64,000 bases of DNA from an uncultured virus (IMG/VR IMGVR_UViG_3300020519_000004) (taxonomy: Duplodnaviria > Heunggongvirae > Uroviricota > Caudoviricetes): IMG/VR virus record IMGVR_UViG_3300020519_000004. One strand, 5' to 3'. This document shows positions 49,439 to 54,839 of the stretch, in pieces; position 1 is the stretch's first letter, and every line of letters begins with the position of its first letter. Both the position numbers and the translations under genes were made by a program. A model generated the notes under the pieces. The model had not been told where the DNA came from, did no database searches, and saw only the letters and a list, made by a program, of their open reading frames with translations.

Positions 49439-50905
49439 TTATTTAGAAACAGGTATATTCTGAGTTGCTGGACCACTGTTGCCATTGGCATCTACTGCTC
49501 GCAAATTACAAGAAGTAGATATTGAATCAAATAAAGTAATTACATAAATGTGATTCGTAAACCCAGATACTGGAGAAAAAGTATACTGGGTTGAACCACA
49601 AATTAATAAGTAATTAGCTATTAAAGATTTAGCATAAACGGGATCAGTGTAATTAACTGAAACAGAATTATTTTTATAATACTGAATACTGTTAAGTCTA
49701 GGTTTACCCAACATAGTTCCATACACTAAAGGTGGAGTGGTAGTTGGAGGAGTGGTAACTACTGGAGAAGGAATTGTAGTAGTTGGGGATGGAACAGTAG
49801 TATCAACTGGTGGAACTGTAGTATCTGGAGGAGATACAGCTTGACCACTTGCTACATAAGTAAAATCTAATCTACATACGCTAATTTTAGTAGGAGGATC
49901 ATAAGCTTTAGGACAATTAGCTTGAAGATTAGAAACTTGTTGAGTAACAGGCAATCCAGACTTAAAAGAATTGTATAAAGCAATTGCTCCTGCTACGTGA
50001 GGAGTAGACATAGAAGTGCCAGACGATTGTTTGTAACCACCACCTGAAACAGATGAATTAATTTGATAACCAGGAGCAGCAAAAGTAGTATAATTAGATA
50101 TATTACTAAACTCTGTAACGTTATCATCAGTGCTAGAAGTAGCAGATACGCTAGTTACTCCAGAAATACAAGCTGGGTTAGCCATTCCATATGAATAACT
50201 ATTACCAGCAGCAGCTACAACTGCAACTCTATTTGCAATAAGAGTATGAATAATTGTAGTTAATTCTGGAGAAATAGTATCGCAAGGTCCAGTCCACATG
50301 CGGCTAGTACCAAGCGATAAATTAACTGAAACAATATTGTATTTAGAACGAACAGAATTAACATATTTTAAAGCAGCAATAATACTTTCTTCGTTAGCAG
50401 AAAGATCTGCTTCAAATACATTGATACCAAGTATTTTAGAACTAGGTGCTACACCACGCATTGTAGTATTAGATCCTGCAATAATGCCAGCTACGTGAGT
50501 ACCATGCCAATGAGTAGGACGTGCAGCTCCATCACCAATCATTTGATTAGTTCCATTAGGACATGAATTAGCAGCAGTAAAACAAGCTTCGCCAACTTTC
50601 TTGCCGGCTAAAAATGAATGACTAAAGTCAACACCAGTATCAACAACAGCAACAGTGTATCCTTGTCCACTGTAGCCTAAAGATAGCAAAGCATTGTTGT
50701 TTATACGTTGAGTAGAGCTATTCAAAGATGGAAGAGACTTATCTAATACCCTGTATATAATATCGCCATCTTTAATTTGAAGCTTAATATTTTTATAAGG
50801 TTTAGTTATAGTTTCTTCACCCTTTGCATGAGCAATAGAAGGTGTAGATAAAAGGGCAATTGTTAAAATAGTTTTAAATAGTTTATTCTTCATCGCTACT
50901 TTCAA
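49439..50905 (-). CDS. Secreted subtilisin-like S8 serine protease
   Basis: Signal peptide; VDTG, HGTHVAG, AAAGN, GTSMSTPHVAG; PT linker. Confidence 0.95.
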   Translation of the reverse strand: MKVAMKNKLFKTILTIALLSTPSIAHAKGEETITKPYKNIKLQIKDGDIIYRVLDKSLPSLNSSTQRINNNALLSLGYSGQGYTVAVVDTGVDFSHSFLAGKKVGEACFTAANSCPNGTNQMIGDGAARPTHWHGTHVAGIIAGSNTTMRGVAPSSKILGINVFEADLSANEESIIAALKYVNSVRSKYNIVSVNLSLGTSRMWTGPCDTISPELTTIIHTLIANRVAVVAAAGNSYSYGMANPACISGVTSVSATSSTDDNVTEFSNISNYTTFAAPGYQINSSVSGGGYKQSSGTSMSTPHVAGAIALYNSFKSGLPVTQQVSNLQANCPKAYDPPTKISVCRLDFTYVASGQAVSPPDTTVPPVDTTVPSPTTTIPSPVVTTPPTTTPPLVYGTMLGKPRLNSIQYYKNNSVSVNYTDPVYAKSLIANYLLICGSTQYTFSPVSGFTNHIYVITLFDSISTSCNLRAVDANGNSGPATQNIPVSK

Positions 50906-51137
50906 ATATTTTTTCCCAACATTCAGGATGAATGCCAGTCTTAACTAACTCTCTTTGATCTCTACTTAAGTATGGAAAAGCGTCTTGTATAAACTCTCCG
51001 CTTTGCCAAAATGTTAAATCATTTATATTAATTATGATTACATTTTCTTCATTACAATGAATGCAGCTATTACGATAAAAATCTACATCTTTAAAATTAA
51101 GATCATCAGGATTTTCTCGATAATCATAAGCTGGCAT
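50883..51137 (-). CDS. Small Zn-binding phage protein
   Basis: CIHC...IQDAFPYL...RE...TGIHPECW. Confidence 0.65.
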   Translation of the reverse strand: MPAYDYRENPDDLNFKDVDFYRNSCIHCNEENVIIININDLTFWQSGEFIQDAFPYLSRDQRELVKTGIHPECWEKIFESSDEE

Positions 51138-51171
51138 AGTATACCTCATTATTTTAAACTTTGTATGAAAT

Positions 51172-51296
51172 AAAAAAGTAGTGCCGTACATCTACTAAGG
51201 TCGAAAGGGGCGAACTCGACATAACAGTCTGGGGAAAGTTATGGAGCTCGTTAAATCCTTAATAAACGTACGGCACTTATCCTGCTTAGAGGATAG
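51172..51296 (-). ncRNA. 3'-UTR rod-shaped RNA/terminator with anti-SD loops (element B)
   Basis: 21-bp stem 51180-200/51257-77 with 3 minus-strand G.U pairs, two inner stems, U tail. Confidence 0.65.
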
Positions 51297-51302
51297 AGTC
51301 TA

Positions 51303-51656
51303 CTAAGCAGAAAGCATTACCCAAAGTTCAAATGTCTTTGAGCGATCATTGAACATTGAGCGTGAACTAATGTAAAGATTATCTTTACGAGCACGAGCAT
51401 ATAGTGAAGCTATAATAGCTGCCTTTTGCTTTGCATTAGTGATCTGTATATCAACATGTGCCCATTCGTTACGACGAACTGTAAGAGCATTGTAGATATT
51501 AGTAATTATTGGATTGCGCTTGCCACGGCCTACGCCTGCTGGTGGTTCACCTTTAATAAAGGTTACAACCTTGCTTGGCTCTTTAATAGCAAAGCGCTCT
51601 GGATTCTGTTGAACTCTAGTTTCATCACTGATATTGATAGACATGGTAAACTCCAA
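51303..51656 (-). CDS. Hypothetical basic protein
   Basis: ORF. Confidence 0.55.
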   Translation of the reverse strand: MEFTMSINISDETRVQQNPERFAIKEPSKVVTFIKGEPPAGVGRGKRNPIITNIYNALTVRRNEWAHVDIQITNAKQKAAIIASLYARARKDNLYISSRSMFNDRSKTFELWVMLSA

Positions 51657-51693
51657 TTGTATAACGGTTATTTATATGTGGTTTTTTATGTAA

Positions 51694-52443
51694 CTAGAAT
51701 GGCGAATTGTAAACCGGTATAATATTCTTATGATGAGTTTCATATTCGATACCGAATGCTTCATAGTGTGCAACAGCATGCCAATGTGCTAAGAAGATCT
51801 TAACAGCATACCGTTGAGCTTGAGCATCGATCCTTTCTTGTGGAAGTTTTCCAGATAAATAAATATCTTTATCTCTTTGAATAGCTTTATCTTTTGAGCT
51901 AGCAGAGTTTAAAGTATCTTTAGCAAGGTCTGAATATTCGCCTTGCTCATTAAGTTCAATTCGACGCTTGCGTTCTTCTAGATACAACTTACCATAAAAA
52001 CAACTGTCTTTAGCAGAGTATTTAACAAAGTTTTTACCTAAATCAATACAAACTTCTTTTAAGTTATTATTATATGTAAACTTTTGTTTACTTGGTTGGT
52101 TGGGAACCAAACCAGCATAGCTCCATAGATGCTCTGGAGTACGAGATTTAATTATATCAATATAGCTAAGTAAACGAGTAGCTGTAATTGGGCCAACTCC
52201 AAGATTGGAAATTGCCCATTTGCCAGTCATTGAAGAACGGCAAAAAGATTCTAAAGAAGTATCCATTTGGGATTCTAGTTCCAAAATAAGATCTTGGAAA
52301 TACATCAAGGTTTCATCTTGATCAACTAAGTTAGTTAATTCGTTCCGTTGATTGCGAATTTCCCAGTAAACTTTAGATAAGGTTGAAGCTGTTTCTTTAT
52401 TTTTGGTTAGAGGGATAGAAATAAGTCTATCAGTGGTAGTCAT
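51694..52443 (-). CDS. IS110/Nop-domain protein without nuclease domain (TasA-like)
   Basis: Coiled coil, W..LGVGPITA..LL.YID, LWSYAGLVP, FYG..Y, GKLP..RIDAQAQRYAVKIFLAH; no DEDD RuvC N-terminus. Confidence 0.65.
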   Translation of the reverse strand: MTTTDRLISIPLTKNKETASTLSKVYWEIRNQRNELTNLVDQDETLMYFQDLILELESQMDTSLESFCRSSMTGKWAISNLGVGPITATRLLSYIDIIKSRTPEHLWSYAGLVPNQPSKQKFTYNNNLKEVCIDLGKNFVKYSAKDSCFYGKLYLEERKRRIELNEQGEYSDLAKDTLNSASSKDKAIQRDKDIYLSGKLPQERIDAQAQRYAVKIFLAHWHAVAHYEAFGIEYETHHKNIIPVYNSPF

Positions 52444-52499
52444 AAAGGTAGTTTCTATTAGTAGGTATGATGCATTTACTTTGTATGAAAATAAAAGTA

Positions 52500-52579
52500 A
52501 ATATTAAAATGGGTAGTAGACAGGTTAGTTTAACTGGATTGATTTATGACGAAAAACCCTAGTTACTGTCTACTACCCA
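52500..52579 (-). ncRNA. 3'-UTR hairpin/terminator with anti-AUG loop (element C)
   Basis: Perfect 14-bp stem 52510-23/52566-79, inner stem, loop UUUCGUCAUAAAUC. Confidence 0.55.
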
Positions 52580-52586
52580 AACTTAA

Positions 52587-53189
52587 TTAATCAGATGCTT
52601 TGCACCTATGTGCAAATTCTGGTCCCCATGCGCATGGGTCCCAAGGATCCCAACCAGCTTTCTGGTACAACAAAAGGCCTGCTCTGAGATTATTAACAGG
52701 ATCTAAAAGTTGTTCTTGTTTACAGAACTTTAACTCTAAACAAACGAGAGCATTTTTATTTCTCTCTCTATTATAGTTAACTCCATTGATTTGTAATAAT
52801 CCTGAATCGGATTTGTTTGTTGCTTTAGTATAGCCAGTAATATTGCAGTTTTTATCTACAATAGAACTACCAATACGGTTTGGGCATCCGCCTGATTCAC
52901 GTAGGATAATTTGTCCTAGTTTTTTCCAGGTATGCTTTGGCCAACCAACTGCACCAGCTAATTCTGGAAGCCATGATATATCACCATGTTTCCATTCAAC
53001 TGTTTGAGTTGGCAAAGTTGTAGCTAACTTAGTCATGCGATCACCAGTAAGAGCTATTTGCTCCATGGTCATTGGCAGGGTAGAATCAGCTGATTCAGCC
53101 AAGACTACTCGGCCTGTTAATCCAAGCACTAAGTAAATTCCTATAATATAGGAAAGTATTTTATTTCTTTTTGTTTTAATTATATTCAT
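52587..53189 (-). CDS. Secreted lytic transglycosylase/lysozyme-like protein
   Basis: N-terminal TM; RESGG, DSGLLQIN, DPVNNL..G, W.PW. Confidence 0.8.
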   Translation of the reverse strand: MNIIKTKRNKILSYIIGIYLVLGLTGRVVLAESADSTLPMTMEQIALTGDRMTKLATTLPTQTVEWKHGDISWLPELAGAVGWPKHTWKKLGQIILRESGGCPNRIGSSIVDKNCNITGYTKATNKSDSGLLQINGVNYNRERNKNALVCLELKFCKQEQLLDPVNNLRAGLLLYQKAGWDPWDPCAWGPEFAHRCKASD

Positions 53190-53437
53190 TTTCGTTTGTT
53201 CACTTTCGTTTTGGTTTGCGAAACAATTTCATTTCGCATTAGTATAACTTGGGTGTTCAACCGAAGATTGTGCTAGACAATTACGATATGTCCTTCACAG
53301 TGGCAGGTTAGCCATCTCCGACTTCACAGTATAACTGTTATGTTAGGGATTATTCCCTGCCCGCTGTCAAACGGGCATGTAATAAGTATAGCATATTTGA
53401 GATGCATACTATTGTATTCAGTTATAGTCCTCCTGAT

Positions 53438-53560
53438 TAACGGCTAAACTTAAACAAAAGACTCCATAATCCTAAAACAACAAAGTAAAATTTACTATGT
53501 AGTTAGCTTGCCTATAACAAGGCAAGTTAGAATCATGGAGTCGTTAAGTTCAAACCGTTA
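53438..53560 (-). ncRNA. Long 3'-UTR multi-stem RNA (element F)
   Basis: Three stacked stems (8, 8, 16 bp) with minus-strand G.U plus inner 7-bp hairpin. Confidence 0.5.
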
Positions 53561-53785
53561 TTAGATAGTACTATCTGAATTTAAAAACAGCTGCTTTTCA
53601 GCTGCATTAATTTTAAAAAGACCACGACTCACAGTTGTGAAACGTGATGGATTTTTACGGATGTATAGGTACACAGTTTGCACTGTGCAGTTTAATAAAT
53701 TGGCAATATCCATCGGTTTAAATTCTTGACCGATTCTATCGTCAATGTACTTGTCTATTAACAATGACTTGCTTGGGGTTCTCAT
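53561..53785 (-). CDS. Small HTH DNA-binding protein
   Basis: DIANLLNCTVQTVYLYI; AAGGAG SD. Confidence 0.6.
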   Translation of the reverse strand: MRTPSKSLLIDKYIDDRIGQEFKPMDIANLLNCTVQTVYLYIRKNPSRFTTVSRGLFKINAAEKQLFLNSDSTI

Positions 53786-53985
53786 TGTATGTTTCTCCTT
53801 GCCATATTGGCATTGGTGTTGGTTAATTAACATATATAAAGTGATATAAATAGAAAGGCTATTATGATAACTTTCGACTTAAATCGTTAATTATTATAAC
53901 ATACTCATTACAAATCATATATACAATATAGACATTTTTTTCTAAAAGGTATATAAATTTGGGCATCTAACATTTTTGCATGAGA

Positions 53986-54297
53986 TTATTGTGAATATAG
54001 ATCATCTTGGTAATACCTTGGAAATTGTACATTTTTAATTTTAAGAATTTCCTGATAGTATAAATGCAAAGTTTGCCAAGATAAAATATACTTGTGGAGA
54101 ACATTGTCAAGACTCTTGAGTTGTTCTTCAGGTGAAAGTTGAAAGTCAACTGAATGAACTATGGTACTGACTTCAGCCATACTACTTTCTAAGTTTGAAA
54201 TAGCTTGATAAAATTCAGCTTGAGCTGTCATGTAGAATTTAGTCCTACCTTCTTCTGTATTAAAATTAAATTTAGAAGGTTCGAGTGGAGAATCCAT
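53986..54297 (-). CDS. Hypothetical protein
   Basis: AAGGA SD. Confidence 0.55.
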   Translation of the reverse strand: MDSPLEPSKFNFNTEEGRTKFYMTAQAEFYQAISNLESSMAEVSTIVHSVDFQLSPEEQLKSLDNVLHKYILSWQTLHLYYQEILKIKNVQFPRYYQDDLYSQ

Positions 54298-54315
54298 TTA
54301 AGTTCCTTTAATATA

Positions 54316-54506
54316 AAGAAAAAACTTGATGGCTTTGAAGTCCCTAGAGTAAAAATTAAAGCGCTAATCGGAAAAGCGCCAATGTCATTCGGGGGGTAAA
54401 CCAATGACATTTAATGAGCTTCTGGAGGGACTATATGGCTCACTTTTTAATTACCCTAGAGACATCAAAACCATCAAGCTATTGATGATACTGATATTTT
54501 ATATGT
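54316..54506 (-). ncRNA. Cloverleaf antisense sRNA (element D) with three seed loops
   Basis: 28-bp closing stem (3 G.U only on minus strand), three hairpins, U tail, own promoter; loop 1 complementary to 2932-2949. Confidence 0.8.
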
Positions 54507-54512
54507 GTTTTA

Positions 54513-54541
54513 ATTGTACTAGCTAAAATTGGGTAAGTCAA
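54513..54541 (-). promoter_or_regulatory. Sigma-A/70-type promoter TTGACT-N17-TACAAT
   Basis: -35 at 54536-41, -10 at 54513-18, 17-nt spacer. Confidence 0.8.
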
Positions 54542-54542
54542 A

Positions 54543-54558
54543 TGTTCCACGTGGAACA
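54543..54558. promoter_or_regulatory. parS: parS centromere-like palindrome TGTTCCACGTGGAACA
   Basis: Perfect 16-bp match to the chromosomal parS consensus, extends to an 18-bp palindrome; intergenic. Confidence 0.8.
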
Positions 54559-54785
54559 TATTTATTTTTGTAAGGTTTAAGTAAATATAAAGTATAAAAT
54601 TAAATACCAGCAAAGACTATGCTTTTTATGCACAGCCTAAATATGTCTGATCAAAGTCATACGATAGTAATTTTAAACGTTCAGCAGGACGCTCGTTCGT
54701 AATCTCCTTACACTGTTCACTGAATGTTTTCTGCTTCAGTCCCTAAGGCAAACGATTCCATCATATACTTTATATTTAAAGTAAC

Positions 54786-54836
54786 AAAAAAAAATATGGG
54801 GGCCCAGTATCACCGAAGTGACACCAGACCCCCATA
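54786..54836 (-). terminator. Intrinsic terminator
   Basis: 19-bp stem, UUCG tetraloop, 9-U tail. Confidence 0.9.
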
Positions 54837-54839
54837 AGG

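Noticed and set aside
51657..52586. Active IS110 element or canonical TIGR array around the Nop-domain gene
   Set aside because: No RuvC-like domain, no IS ends, and no periodic 36-nt repeats visible by eye
53190..53395. c-di-AMP (ydaO) or SAM riboswitch
   Set aside because: Conserved core motifs of these riboswitches are not present
54205..54410. ORFs 54205..54399(+) and 54228..54410(-), and SD+ATG motifs on the plus strand of element D read as real genes
   Set aside because: Plus-strand ATGs open only very short frames; G.U polarity, promoter and terminator all indicate a minus-strand RNA
52475..54630. 9-10 nt matches of elements E and F to leaders (ACAAAGTAAA, CAAAGACTA, AAAGACTAT)
   Set aside because: Short AT-rich matches expected by chance
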